Shown one piece after another: positions 11,028-21,541 of a stretch of 64,000 nucleotides of DNA. The stretch's first letter is position 1. Each line of letters begins with the position of its first letter. Origin of the DNA: Candidatus Latescibacterota bacterium (GTDB lineage Bacteria > Latescibacterota > UBA2968); the NCBI GenBank assembly GCA_965222605.1, contig OZ244960.1, positions 2,912,001 to 2,976,000 of the forward strand. Reading direction: 5' to 3'. Under the pieces are notes generated by a model. The model saw only the letters and a program-made list of their open reading frames with translations, had not been told where the DNA came from and ran no database searches. The position numbers and the translations under genes are program-made.

Positions 11028-11130
11028 CACGCCCCGAATCGCCCACCGCGAGAAACCAAAAATATCGCCTCACCGCACGCGGAAGGGAGATGCAATAATT
11101 TGAATAAATCACTCACAAATCGAAAGCACT

Positions 11131-14100
11131 ATGACCTTAAGCGAACAGCAACATCATAAAAAACTGAAGGAAGAACTTCAGCAAGGCGGAAAACCATCGA
11201 ATCTCGAACATCTCGCGGCTGCACTGCTCGACCGCCTACTTGATGTGCCATTTCCTGTCGCCGAATCTGGCTATCAACATGGCGGGGATGCCGGAACAGC
11301 AGGACATCAAGGACGAAAGCTTCGCCTCGAATGCAAGAAGTATAGTGACACCAGTTCTCTGGGCGAACGGGGATTGCTTGGGGAGATTGATCAAGCACTT
11401 AAACGAGACCAAGCACTTGAAGCGTGGATATTGGTTGCAACACGCCCCGTTGGAGGGACCCTACAGGATTCGCTTGTGCAGAAAGGCGAGAGCATTGGGG
11501 TTCCCATTGTAATTATCGATTGGGCAAAAAATCACGATATAGCAGAACTCGCAGCATTATGCGCGTTCGCTCCTGATGTGGTTGAGGAGCAGTTTTCAAA
11601 AGAGGCTGGCGAAGCAGCTCACGCCCTTCAACCCATATCAGGGAAAGCAATCGAAAGGTTGCGACGCAATCTGCAATCCTGGTATCTGGGGTATGATGCT
11701 TTACGCACACTATCTCACAAGTGTCTCGACGAGATTTGGAACTCTCCCGAAGAGTCGAACGCTAAACTTGGACAAAACGCCGCTGGAGGTGCTCAGGAGA
11801 AGAAGGTCAAACGTAGCACCGTACATGAAGCACTGAATACATGGTGGGAGGGTCCAGCTCATAATGACGCACCAGTTGCCGTCGTAGGCTTGGAAGGCAT
11901 CGGTAAAACGTGGGCAACGCTCGATTGGTTGATAGACAAAAGGGATGAACAACCAATTGTTCTGGTAATACCATCCTCTGCGGTAGTCGCTGGGCACGTC
12001 TCTGAAACCAGTGTGAAGCAAATTCTGGCAGATCGCCTTCACGAAATGAGCAAAGGGATACGGGACAGGGACCATTGGCTTCGCCGTCTCGAAAATCTAC
12101 TGAAGCGTCCGACCAATGAGGGGCCTGTCCTGACAGTCTTCTTCGATGGCCTGATTCAAGAGTCATCCACTCCTTGGCTACACATTCTGAAAATTCTTCA
12201 GGGTAAAACATTTAAGGAACGAGTACGGATAATCGTCAGTACTCGAACTCATCATTTTGAAGAAACGTTGTCGGAGCTCCGCGGCCTTGTCAATTTAGCT
12301 GAGCGGGTTGATGTAGATCTCTATGATACAGCACCGGGAAGTGAACTTGACCAGATGCTTGCGTTCGAGAATCTCACGCAAGCCGACCTACATCAAGATG
12401 TAATTGAATTGGCTCGTAAACCCCGTCTCTTTAAGCTCGTAGTACATTTCCGAGAAGAGTTGGTTGAGGCGGATCAAATAACAGTCCATCGTCTGCTGTG
12501 GGAGTACGGACGCGACTATTTCGGAGTTCGTGCTGACAGATCGTTCAGCCAAAACGAGTGGAGTGACTGGCTTACAGAAATTGCTCAAAAACATCGAACC
12601 GATATCGAATATAAATATTCACTGAGGTCGCTCGGTGAAACCGTAGCCCGTCCCGACCTTAGCAAAAATGAGGTCTATGCAAGGCTCAGCGACATTATTG
12701 ATGGGCGGTTCGCTACCCGTAACTCATCAGGCAATTTCAAAATTATTCCCGCAGTCGTTGCACATGCCCTCGGTGCTGCACTTCTGAATGACCTATATCA
12801 AGAAGCCTCGCCAAATTTAGAAAATCTAAATGCCAAGTTAGCGGAATGGTTTGATCCCATTTCTGGTCTTGATGAAAGAACTGAAATCCTGCGTGCGGCA
12901 GTATCAATCTTAGTGGAGCAGGGACGTGCAGCAGAGTCACTCATTCCTGGAGTGCTCGTCACGGCGTGGTTACAAAGTCAGAATGTTCCCGATGAGCACC
13001 GTCAAGAACTCGCCGATCTCGCTCCGAATTTTCCCGATGCACTGCTTGATACGATTGAGCATTCAGACAGTTACGTTTATGATTCTGCCAGATTTTGGGC
13101 TGTGAACGCGCTACGAAATATTCCCAGGGAAGATACTGCTGCTTTTACCAAAATTATCCAGCGATCTCTGCGCTGGATGAGTATTGTATCCCGTGATGTC
13201 GATATGCAACCAAATGCCAACAAAGAGCGCGACAAGCAACGCTCAGATCGACTGAAAAACTTGATTGGGATTGACTCTTCGCAACGCATTAAAGTCTGCG
13301 ATGTTGAACTTGAGTGGGTTGATCACGACACTGGCTTTGGCGCATGGCAAACTACTGTGCCTTCAATCATTGAAGTTTTTCCGCTGTCTAAAGCCCTGCC
13401 AATTTTCGAGGTAGCTGCAGTTTCCGTAGCAGTCAGAGGCCAAAACGCGAGTTGGGATGGATTGAAGTGGATTTGCCTGCTTAAAGAAGATGATCCCGAC
13501 GACATGGTGAAGGCTTTGAGAGACTTATCCGAAGAAATCCGTCTCCGAACTCCAGAACCGGGCATACATCCGGATCTCCCGAAGCGCGTCGCTGCACTTC
13601 TACTCAAGCTCACCGGACACAAGGCTGACGAAGACAAAGCAGTGGATATTGATCCTGATCTGGACCGCCTGTTCTCTTACGAGAAAGACTATCTACAAAA
13701 GCCTAGCCAAAGCTGGTTTCCGCTGGAACGGCGCCATGCGGAAATTACTCTTGATGATCGAGAATTGCCTTTGACCTATCGCGTGCAACGGACCAAAGAA
13801 TTATGGCTCGACCCGAGCTTCGAGCCTCCAGCCACCTTTGTAGCCGAACTGCTTAAGGCAGCAGAGAGCATAGATGTCGAAAAGCTGGACAGGTATATGG
13901 AGACCACCAGCGAGGATTACGACTTCGAAGTCCTCGAACCAGTGCTTGCGCGTTGTGCGCCTGATCTTCTGGCGGATTTGATTCGTCGGAAAATGCAGAA
14001 TCTATCTACCTCTCCCCCAGAATTTCGACAGTCGAGGGTCATTCAGGCGACCAATCATCTTATTCTGGCAGACGAAGCCGAAATAGAAGCGATGCGGAAG

Positions 14101-15579
14101 TTGCGTTTGATCAGCGAAAATGATAATGAGAATACTGATGCCCATGTCACAGAGAGACTTTTGTTGATGGAGTTTCAAAACCTGGAGGCACAGGCTCAAT
14201 TCGATCTATTACTTCAATCAGACTTGGAAAATTTTTCGTGGGACTTCTGTAAAGTTTTGCGTCGTCCGACCCGGGACGATATTGGCGCATTAATCACCCG
14301 TTACGCGACCTCTTCGTCCTCTAAACAACGTGTTTTGCTTATCTTATTATCGCATTTACCAGTTGAACTCACGGACAACGCTTGGTCATGGGTTGAGCGT
14401 TTCCGGAAACACCAAGACGATGAACTTCGGGGATTTGCATTCCAGATTCTGACTTGTGCCAATCCAATGCGATTTGGTCGGACGCTTGAAGCTGAGGGTT
14501 GGTCTTGGAGTCCGAGTGAAAACATTTATGTAAATCATTGTGGCACGAGTGCTCTTATCAAAGCCACGTTAGATATTCCTTTCGAAGATCTTGTACCACG
14601 ACTGGCACCTTGGCAACTGCTAAAAGCTACTCGCCTGCGCGGAGCTATTCCCACGGAAGTTCAGTTGGCAGCTAAAAAACTCAATCCGCGATCCTTAAAT
14701 AAAAACATCAGAATTGACTCAGAAGATTTCGAGCTAGTTCTGACGCATGCAATGGATACAGTGGAACAATGGCTTGCGGACTATTGCGAGATGACGGAGG
14801 TTTCTCGTTACAATTCCTCAGCCGATAAATTCTTCTTGGCTCTTTGTCAGGCTCTGCTTACTCATGCACCTGAGAAAGGGGCGCAGTTGTGGCATAAGTT
14901 ACGCTCGAACAGTATAACGCGATACATTGGTAAGGCAGGTGTGGAAGACCTCATCCACATGGTATTCAGAGTGCCACACTCACCAGAGGTAATGAAACTC
15001 CGAGAGGAGTCGGTTGGATTAGAATACTTTCACAACGATCAGAAGCTTTTCGAACTCGCAATCGCTGCGTCATTCAATGGGCAATCCCATTGGCTTGACA
15101 GCTTTATTCAAAATGACCGAGCATCAGCACTCGTTTGGCGGCAGAGCCGCGCGGAAGTGCTTGCGGGTTTCACCGTGAACAATTCACTACCTGTTGCTGG
15201 AGCCTGGCCGGATGGCGAGACCCGCACAACCCATGCGAAATTTACTCTGATATCAGCACACCATAGATGGATTGAAGCGTGCGCTCACCACTGGTGGCGA
15301 GCTTTTCTCAACGCTTGCGACCCGGCCGAGGCTTGCGCAGCCTGGGTACTGTTTTTGCACTCTGCTGATCGTCGCGCCTGGGTGTGGATCGGTCAAGACA
15401 TTGAAACCGCTGATCATTCGACAGATCTTTTTCAACGGAAGATAAACCATTTTCGACTTAACCGATCGAACCTGGAGAGAGCCATGAAGAAACGAGAAGG
15501 AAATTTTGGTGACAAACTGGACCAGCACTTTTTGTACCGCAAGACTGTGCGGAGTGCAGGTCCCTGGTTCGGGCGATGA
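11131..15579 (+). CDS. 1482-aa PD-(D/E)xK nuclease - STAND/NACHT-like NTPase with long helical C-terminus (Avs-like)
   Basis: N-terminal 'QHGGDAG...LECKKY' nuclease motif, Walker A GLEGIGKT, Walker B LTVFFDGL, IIVSTR; located in a defence island. Confidence 0.7.
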   Translation: MTLSEQQHHKKLKEELQQGGKPSNLEHLAAALLDRLLDVPFPVAESGYQHGGDAGTAGHQGRKLRLECKKYSDTSSLGERGLLGEIDQALKRDQALEAWILVATRPVGGTLQDSLVQKGESIGVPIVIIDWAKNHDIAELAALCAFAPDVVEEQFSKEAGEAAHALQPISGKAIERLRRNLQSWYLGYDALRTLSHKCLDEIWNSPEESNAKLGQNAAGGAQEKKVKRSTVHEALNTWWEGPAHNDAPVAVVGLEGIGKTWATLDWLIDKRDEQPIVLVIPSSAVVAGHVSETSVKQILADRLHEMSKGIRDRDHWLRRLENLLKRPTNEGPVLTVFFDGLIQESSTPWLHILKILQGKTFKERVRIIVSTRTHHFEETLSELRGLVNLAERVDVDLYDTAPGSELDQMLAFENLTQADLHQDVIELARKPRLFKLVVHFREELVEADQITVHRLLWEYGRDYFGVRADRSFSQNEWSDWLTEIAQKHRTDIEYKYSLRSLGETVARPDLSKNEVYARLSDIIDGRFATRNSSGNFKIIPAVVAHALGAALLNDLYQEASPNLENLNAKLAEWFDPISGLDERTEILRAAVSILVEQGRAAESLIPGVLVTAWLQSQNVPDEHRQELADLAPNFPDALLDTIEHSDSYVYDSARFWAVNALRNIPREDTAAFTKIIQRSLRWMSIVSRDVDMQPNANKERDKQRSDRLKNLIGIDSSQRIKVCDVELEWVDHDTGFGAWQTTVPSIIEVFPLSKALPIFEVAAVSVAVRGQNASWDGLKWICLLKEDDPDDMVKALRDLSEEIRLRTPEPGIHPDLPKRVAALLLKLTGHKADEDKAVDIDPDLDRLFSYEKDYLQKPSQSWFPLERRHAEITLDDRELPLTYRVQRTKELWLDPSFEPPATFVAELLKAAESIDVEKLDRYMETTSEDYDFEVLEPVLARCAPDLLADLIRRKMQNLSTSPPEFRQSRVIQATNHLILADEAEIEAMRKLRLISENDNENTDAHVTERLLLMEFQNLEAQAQFDLLLQSDLENFSWDFCKVLRRPTRDDIGALITRYATSSSSKQRVLLILLSHLPVELTDNAWSWVERFRKHQDDELRGFAFQILTCANPMRFGRTLEAEGWSWSPSENIYVNHCGTSALIKATLDIPFEDLVPRLAPWQLLKATRLRGAIPTEVQLAAKKLNPRSLNKNIRIDSEDFELVLTHAMDTVEQWLADYCEMTEVSRYNSSADKFFLALCQALLTHAPEKGAQLWHKLRSNSITRYIGKAGVEDLIHMVFRVPHSPEVMKLREESVGLEYFHNDQKLFELAIAASFNGQSHWLDSFIQNDRASALVWRQSRAEVLAGFTVNNSLPVAGAWPDGETRTTHAKFTLISAHHRWIEACAHHWWRAFLNACDPAEACAAWVLFLHSADRRAWVWIGQDIETADHSTDLFQRKINHFRLNRSNLERAMKKREGNFGDKLDQHFLYRKTVRSAGPWFGR

Positions 15580-15673
15580 GATGATCCTCCAGCCTGCCTG
15601 ATGCGAGAAGGGCTACGGGCATTAGATCAGACGTAAAAATGCCTGATGATGAGCGAGGATTTCCAACCCATGG

Positions 15674-17185
15674 TTGATTGACCATTCATGTAACGAGACT
15701 TCCACGAAAGAGCAAACAGCAGTGACTTCAAACTTCTCACTCCACGACCTGACCGCCCTCGGCGAAGGCTTTACCACAGAGTTCAAACGCTCTATGTCTA
15801 ATCTGGGCCGTGAAATCTGTGCCTTTGCGAACGCGACTGGCGGCGTCATTCTGATCGGCGTAACAGACGGCGGCGAAATCGTTGGTGTTGCGAACCACAA
15901 CAAGCTGAAGTCGCAGGTCCAGTCCATCGCGCGATCAGCGGATCCGCCGATAGCAGTGGAAATGGACTCCGTCAATGGCGTACTCTGTATCACAGTGCCA
16001 GAGCAACATGGCAAGCCCTACTCCTTTGGCGGCAAGTATTACATCCGCGAGGGCGCGAGTTCCCAACAAATGTCACGCGACGAAATCCGCGAGTTCTTCT
16101 TCAAGGAAGGCCTGATTCGATTCGACAAGACGCCGTGTCAGAACTTCAAAATAGATAGAGACTTGACACCAGAGGCGTGGGCGCGGTTTGCCGCGAGGGC
16201 GCATATCCCCGATGGAATGGACCCAATCGTGGCATTGGAGAACCTGCACTTGCTCGAAGGTGGGACCATGACCCATGCTGGCGCGTGGCTATTAGCGGAA
16301 GACATCACACGCTACACATTGACAGCGGGCGTGACCTGCGCGGTTCTTCGCGGCGTGACCAATACGCATATCATCGACCTCAAGAACTTCACAGGCGATA
16401 TCTGCGCCATCTACGATGACTGTATAGCCTACATGCAGGCGAAGCTGAACACAGCCCTGATCCCCCATGCTCACGGACGGGACGAACGGCTCGAACTGCC
16501 CGAGGATGCACTCCGCGAGGCAATGGTCAACGCCATCGCGCATCGAGACTACCGCTCCAACGCTAACGTGCAGGTACACATATTCCATGATCGACTGGAA
16601 ATCGTCACACCGGGCGGGTTGCCAGCAGGAATGCGTGAAGAAGATTTGGGAATCAGAAGCGTACCGAGGAATCCACTTCTATTCGGGATGTTCCACCGCA
16701 TGGGAATGGTAGAACAGATCGGCAGCGGTATCCGGCGCATTCGACAGGAATGCCGTGACTACGGGGTAGATGAACCCGTGATTGAGGTCTCAGATAATTG
16801 GGTAGTCACAACATTCAAGCGACAAGTTGAACATGGTGGGCAGATAACCCCGCATGTCACCGAACAAGTGCCCTACAGATATCCTATAAGTCTGGAGCAA
16901 GTCAAGACCAAGCCAGAGTCACAGCCAGAGTCACAGCCAGAGTCACATCAAGCAAGCCTGGAACAGAGAGTTTTGTCACTTCTTATCCAGGCTCCCCTGT
17001 CGAAATCGTCCATCTCAACTGGTCTGGGTCAAAAAACCGTGTCAGGACAGCTCAACAAAGTGATTCGCTCGTTGAGAAAAACCGGGTTGATCAAATACAC
17101 AATTCCAGAAAAACCGGGAAGCCGGTTGCAGAAGTACCAAATTACGGAAAACGGCAGAAACAGATTGGCAGAATTAGCAAATTGA
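15674..17185 (+). CDS. AlbA_2/Schlafen-domain protein with HATPase_c_4 (RecG-C-like) domain and C-terminal HTH
   Basis: GEGFTTEFKRS, CAFANATGGVILIGV, REAMVNAIAHRDY, PRNPLL, EQIGSGI, TIPEKPGSRLQKY; start may be GTG 15722. Confidence 0.85.
   Translation: MIDHSCNETSTKEQTAVTSNFSLHDLTALGEGFTTEFKRSMSNLGREICAFANATGGVILIGVTDGGEIVGVANHNKLKSQVQSIARSADPPIAVEMDSVNGVLCITVPEQHGKPYSFGGKYYIREGASSQQMSRDEIREFFFKEGLIRFDKTPCQNFKIDRDLTPEAWARFAARAHIPDGMDPIVALENLHLLEGGTMTHAGAWLLAEDITRYTLTAGVTCAVLRGVTNTHIIDLKNFTGDICAIYDDCIAYMQAKLNTALIPHAHGRDERLELPEDALREAMVNAIAHRDYRSNANVQVHIFHDRLEIVTPGGLPAGMREEDLGIRSVPRNPLLFGMFHRMGMVEQIGSGIRRIRQECRDYGVDEPVIEVSDNWVVTTFKRQVEHGGQITPHVTEQVPYRYPISLEQVKTKPESQPESQPESHQASLEQRVLSLLIQAPLSKSSISTGLGQKTVSGQLNKVIRSLRKTGLIKYTIPEKPGSRLQKYQITENGRNRLAELAN
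16911..16946 (+). repeat. 3 x 12-bp tandem repeat AGCCAGAGTCAC (PESQ linker)
   Basis: Read directly; identical array at 38252-38287. Confidence 0.9.
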
Positions 17186-17212
17186 TGTGTGCATCAACGG
17201 AGAATTGGAAAA

Positions 17213-19252
17213 ATGGATACCCGGCAAGACACGATATTCGGCGACTCCAGCGAGAGCCAGATGTCATTCGGAATGGATGACGGAAGCGGCCTTCGTGTGG
17301 TAAACGCGAAATTCAACTCAGAAAAGAAATTCGACTGGGACGTATTCAATGGATTCGACACCCTGCGGGTGTTGACCTATTCAGTGAGCGTGGATGCCAT
17401 CGTTAGAATGCTGGATAAATACTCTTTCACGACCTTCGAGTGCGTATTCGGCTATGAAGGCATTATCCGCGACATGAAAGACATTCTCGCATTTCAGAAG
17501 ACAGTAGTCGGCAATACCCGTGCCGCAATCATGGGCCTCAAAGACGAACGGCACATACAAATTCTCGAAAAAGTACATGCGGGACAAGCCCACTTCAGAG
17601 TCTTGAGAAAGTCCATAGCCCACGCAAAGCTCTACCTGCTATCCAATTCAGATGGCCGAAAACGAGTAATAATCGGATCCGCCAACCTGTCGGAACGGGC
17701 ATTCTCCGGTGACCAACCAGAGACACTGGTCATGTTCGACAATGATGCGAATGCCTGGGAACACTACAATAATATGTTCAACACCATCCGAGACTCCGCC
17801 TCAGACGAAATCGAGCTACCCGATGAGAAAATAACGCGAGCAGAAATAGAAATTCGGGAAACTCCGTCTATGAACGATGGACCGGCCACACTCATAATTG
17901 AGCCACCTGCACCCGATGAAGTCGAAACCTCCTTTCCGGTTCAGGTAGAGCGCGTAGAAAAGGTCCGTGCCGCTCTCGGCCCTGCGCTATCATCGGTCAT
18001 GCCGCCCATACGCAATGGCAAACAACGCATCACCCAAAACATCAAGCGCCAGATAAATCGCGTGGTCCTCGTCAAGTCTGCCGAGGAAGTCGATACCCGC
18101 AACTTCCATATCGACAGAACCACGCGCCAGGCCACCCTATCGGGCGAGATATTCCCACTAAAATGGGATGCCGATTCGGTAAAAACAGATGCGCGTCTGC
18201 TCCTGGAATACTTCGAGAACTACGCTGCCTTTGAGGGAGATGTAAAACGGCTGCAACGGGATTACTTCACCTTGATGGCGTGGCTGTACTTCTCGCCCTT
18301 CATGTGCGACATGCGGACACTTGCCATGGTGCGAGACAGCGATGTGGTCCGTTTTCCTTCTTTTGGTATCGTCTTTGGAAAATCCAACTGCGGCAAAACC
18401 AGCCTGATTGACACGCTCATGACATCCATGTTCGGTTATGCCAACACAGTGGATAAACGAAGTTTCACCACATCCCGGCTTCGCGGATTGCAGGCGTCGT
18501 ACAAGCGGTTTCCGGTTGTGTTTGATGATATAGGGCAACGTGCCTTCAACCAGTATGGCAAAGATATGATTAAAGAGGAATTACAGCCCCTTGTTTCTGA
18601 ATATCCGTGCTTCATACTCGCAATGAATGCCGAACCCCAATCATTTCCCGACGAAATAGTCAAGCGCAGCCTGATGATATACACGACGACTGCGCTGCCC
18701 TCTCACGATGAGGAAATCCGGCAGCGTTTGCAAGGTGATGTACAGAAGATGCGCCGCGGTCTAACGGGACATCTCTATAAGCGATATCTCGCTGAAATTA
18801 TGGAACGCATTGACCCCGGACATCTTCCGGATGATTGGCTGGCGATTTCATCTCAGGTTATAAGCGACATTATATCAGAGGGAATAGGCAAAACACCGCC
18901 CGAATGGTGCCGCAAAATAACCTGGCAAAACTATGCGGGAAAGCGATACGACAGAGTTAAAGCAGCCCTCGAAAGTCTATTGCGTCAGGCGTCCTATGTA
19001 AAAAAAGAAGGCGATGCATCCAAAGGATGGACAATTGACGGAGAGAAAATCATCGTCTGGGAACCACGCGATGCCTTTGGGAGACGTGCATTCAACTGGG
19101 AAGATGTTCCCTCTACACTAATTGACCAGGACGCCAGCCACGGCGACACGACGATTTTGCACAAGACCAGCTTGCAGAAATTTATAGGCCACACGCTCTA
19201 CCCGCCTGGTAAACTGAATAAAATAAAGAGTTTGTTCAGTTATCGTTCCTGA
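17213..19252 (+). CDS. PLD/HKD-type nuclease (NgoFVII-like) fused to a P-loop NTPase
   Basis: HAKLY...IIGSANLS nuclease motif; Walker A GKSNCGKT and Walker B VVFDD; alternative start GTG 17189. Confidence 0.72.
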   Translation: MDTRQDTIFGDSSESQMSFGMDDGSGLRVVNAKFNSEKKFDWDVFNGFDTLRVLTYSVSVDAIVRMLDKYSFTTFECVFGYEGIIRDMKDILAFQKTVVGNTRAAIMGLKDERHIQILEKVHAGQAHFRVLRKSIAHAKLYLLSNSDGRKRVIIGSANLSERAFSGDQPETLVMFDNDANAWEHYNNMFNTIRDSASDEIELPDEKITRAEIEIRETPSMNDGPATLIIEPPAPDEVETSFPVQVERVEKVRAALGPALSSVMPPIRNGKQRITQNIKRQINRVVLVKSAEEVDTRNFHIDRTTRQATLSGEIFPLKWDADSVKTDARLLLEYFENYAAFEGDVKRLQRDYFTLMAWLYFSPFMCDMRTLAMVRDSDVVRFPSFGIVFGKSNCGKTSLIDTLMTSMFGYANTVDKRSFTTSRLRGLQASYKRFPVVFDDIGQRAFNQYGKDMIKEELQPLVSEYPCFILAMNAEPQSFPDEIVKRSLMIYTTTALPSHDEEIRQRLQGDVQKMRRGLTGHLYKRYLAEIMERIDPGHLPDDWLAISSQVISDIISEGIGKTPPEWCRKITWQNYAGKRYDRVKAALESLLRQASYVKKEGDASKGWTIDGEKIIVWEPRDAFGRRAFNWEDVPSTLIDQDASHGDTTILHKTSLQKFIGHTLYPPGKLNKIKSLFSYRS

Positions 19253-19283
19253 CATCACTTAAAAACAAAAAAGGAAATGACTC

Positions 19284-21350
19284 TTGCCTCAACTCGAACA
19301 CATTGAAGCCATTGAAAAGCGCCTGTGGGGAGCAGCCGATAACCTGCGGGCCAACTCCACTTATGCCAGCAACGAATACTTTCTCCCGGTCATGGGCCTG
19401 GTATTCCTGCGCTATGCGTACAGCCGCTACCTATCTGTAAAGGACGACATTGAAGCCAACCTGCCCACCCGCGGCGGTAAAAAACGAGCACTCACCAAAG
19501 AGGACTTCTCCCAGAAAAACGCCATCTATCTCCGGCCCAACGCACAGTTCGATTACCTCGTCGCCCTGCCCGACAGCGAGGACCGCGCCAAAGTCGTCAT
19601 CGAAGCAATGGAATCCATTGAAGCCGACTATGAAAGCCTGCGAGGTGCATTGCCCAAGAGCGAATACCAGGAACTGGACAACGACGTTCTCGGCCAACTC
19701 CTCCGCACACTCAACCCCGGCGCACTAAAACAAGTCTCTGGCGATGTCTTCGGACGCATCTACGAATACTTTCTCACCCAATTCGCCGACGACAAGGCTC
19801 ACGACGACGGCGAATTCTTCACTCCCGTCTCACTCGTGTCCCTAATCGCCCATGTACTCGAACCCGACTGCGGCACAGTACTCGACCCGGCCTGCGGATC
19901 TGGCGGCATGTTCGTGCAAAGTGCACGCACGGTTGAAGAACACGGCCAGCATCCCACCGAACAACTCACCTTCCGCGGCATAGAAAAAAACGCCACCACC
20001 ATCCGCCTTGCCAGAATGAACCTCGCAGTACATGGCCTTGAAGGCGACATCCGTCAGGCCATCACCTACTATGAGGACCCGCACGAATTGCTCGGCAAAG
20101 CCGACTACGTAATGGCCAATCCTCCCTTCAATGTCGATGAGATCGACGCGGACAAAGTCAAAACAGATCCACGCCTGCCCTTCGGCCTGCCCGGCGTGAA
20201 TAAAGAGAACAAAGTCAGCAGCGGCAACTACGTCTGGATCAGCTACTTCTATAGCTACCTGAATGAAACGGGCCGCGCAGGCTTTGTCATGTCCTCCCAG
20301 GCATCGAGTGCTGGCAGTGGCGAAGCCAAAGTGCGCCAAAAACTGGTAGAAACCGGCGATGTAGAAGCCATGATCGCCATTCGCTCCAACTTTTTCTACA
20401 CCCGCACCGTCCCTTGCGAATTGTGGTTTCTCAACCGCGCCAGACCCGAAGCCCATCGCGACAAAGTACTGATGATCGACGCCCGCAACATCTATCGCCA
20501 GGTCACGCGCAAAATATACGACTTCAGCCCCGAGCATGAGAAAAACATCCTCGCCATTATCCACCTCTATCGCGGCGAAACCGAGCGATTCCTCAACCTG
20601 GTATCCAACTACTTGCGTCGCGTCGTGGAAGAATCCCATGCGTGCTTCGAAATCAACGATGGCGAAACCATCCATCCCCTACCCGACTTCGTCAACGCGC
20701 TCACCCGGTTGCACGACCTGTTCGCGCCATCCCTGAAAACCCTGCCGAAAAACGGACAGCATGCCGAAACCCTCGCCGAATACGACAAAGCGCGGACAGC
20801 ATTCGCCGAGGCTATTGAGCAATTCCGCACCACCATCACAAAAACCGCACAAAATACCAGCACCGACCTGAACAAACAGGTGGCAGAATTCGCCCCCCTG
20901 ATCGAAATTAGTCGCGAACTATCCGAACACACCGACAGCCTCTACAAACTCGCCATCCGCATAACAGATATCTGCGAGACCTCGATCAATAACAGGACCG
21001 ACATCACCCGCGCCCGTAGAACCGCAGACGAAGCGCGAAAGATCGCTGTCGAACAACTCAAACAAGTACACTACTTCTACCAGCAGGCACAATGGCTCAT
21101 CAGGCGTTTCCCTGAAGCGAAACTATGCGACGTAGAAGGACTGGTCAAACTCGTAGATCGCGCCGAAATCGAAGCCAACGACTGGAGCCTGACCCCTGGC
21201 CGCTACGTCGGCGTTGCACCCGAAGAAGAGGACGAAAATTTTGACTTTGCCGAGGCCCTGCACGAGATCCACAAGGAAATAGAAGAACTCAACATCGAAG
21301 CCGTATCATTGGCAGCGACGATTAAGCGGAATTTTGAAACACTGCTTTGA
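19284..21350 (+). CDS. hsdM: Type I restriction-modification methyltransferase subunit
   Basis: LWGAADNLR, GEFFTP, DPACGSGGM, ANPPFN, WSLTPGRYVG. Confidence 0.95.
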   Translation: MPQLEHIEAIEKRLWGAADNLRANSTYASNEYFLPVMGLVFLRYAYSRYLSVKDDIEANLPTRGGKKRALTKEDFSQKNAIYLRPNAQFDYLVALPDSEDRAKVVIEAMESIEADYESLRGALPKSEYQELDNDVLGQLLRTLNPGALKQVSGDVFGRIYEYFLTQFADDKAHDDGEFFTPVSLVSLIAHVLEPDCGTVLDPACGSGGMFVQSARTVEEHGQHPTEQLTFRGIEKNATTIRLARMNLAVHGLEGDIRQAITYYEDPHELLGKADYVMANPPFNVDEIDADKVKTDPRLPFGLPGVNKENKVSSGNYVWISYFYSYLNETGRAGFVMSSQASSAGSGEAKVRQKLVETGDVEAMIAIRSNFFYTRTVPCELWFLNRARPEAHRDKVLMIDARNIYRQVTRKIYDFSPEHEKNILAIIHLYRGETERFLNLVSNYLRRVVEESHACFEINDGETIHPLPDFVNALTRLHDLFAPSLKTLPKNGQHAETLAEYDKARTAFAEAIEQFRTTITKTAQNTSTDLNKQVAEFAPLIEISRELSEHTDSLYKLAIRITDICETSINNRTDITRARRTADEARKIAVEQLKQVHYFYQQAQWLIRRFPEAKLCDVEGLVKLVDRAEIEANDWSLTPGRYVGVAPEEEDENFDFAEALHEIHKEIEELNIEAVSLAATIKRNFETLL

Positions 21351-21404
21351 AGTGGGAAGTAGGAAGTGTGAAGTAGGAAGTGTGAAGTAGGAAGTGTGAA
21401 ATGT
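21349..21404 (+). repeat. Heptamer tandem repeat (GAAGTAG/GAAGTGT x8, degenerate ends)
   Basis: gaagtgg gaagtag gaagtgt gaagtag gaagtgt gaagtag gaagtgt gaaatgt, starting at the hsdM stop. Confidence 0.9.
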
Positions 21405-21461
21405 GCTGCCGCATGGGATGACCGCCAAATTGTGCAACGCACCGTTGCACAAATTCTATAG
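21405..21461 (+). pseudogene. DUF1016/YhcG nuclease fragment
   Basis: Reads AAAWDDRQIVQRTVAQIL-stop, resembling the DUF1016 'AW...IVQ..VAQIPW' motif. Confidence 0.55.
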
Positions 21462-21541
21462 TTCCACGATGCGTCCTTCTTGACATAGCCCTATTTTTGT
21501 GATTATCGACCTGATATTTGGAAGATAAAGGGGTACAACAG

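Noticed and set aside
19842-20675. 277-aa minus ORF, and similar shadows over hsdR, ntrC and glgC
   Set aside because: Opposite strand of well-supported genes; no independent signals
21349-21404. Possible CRISPR array
   Set aside because: 7-bp tandem units without spacers; no cas genes or repeat-spacer array seen in the window
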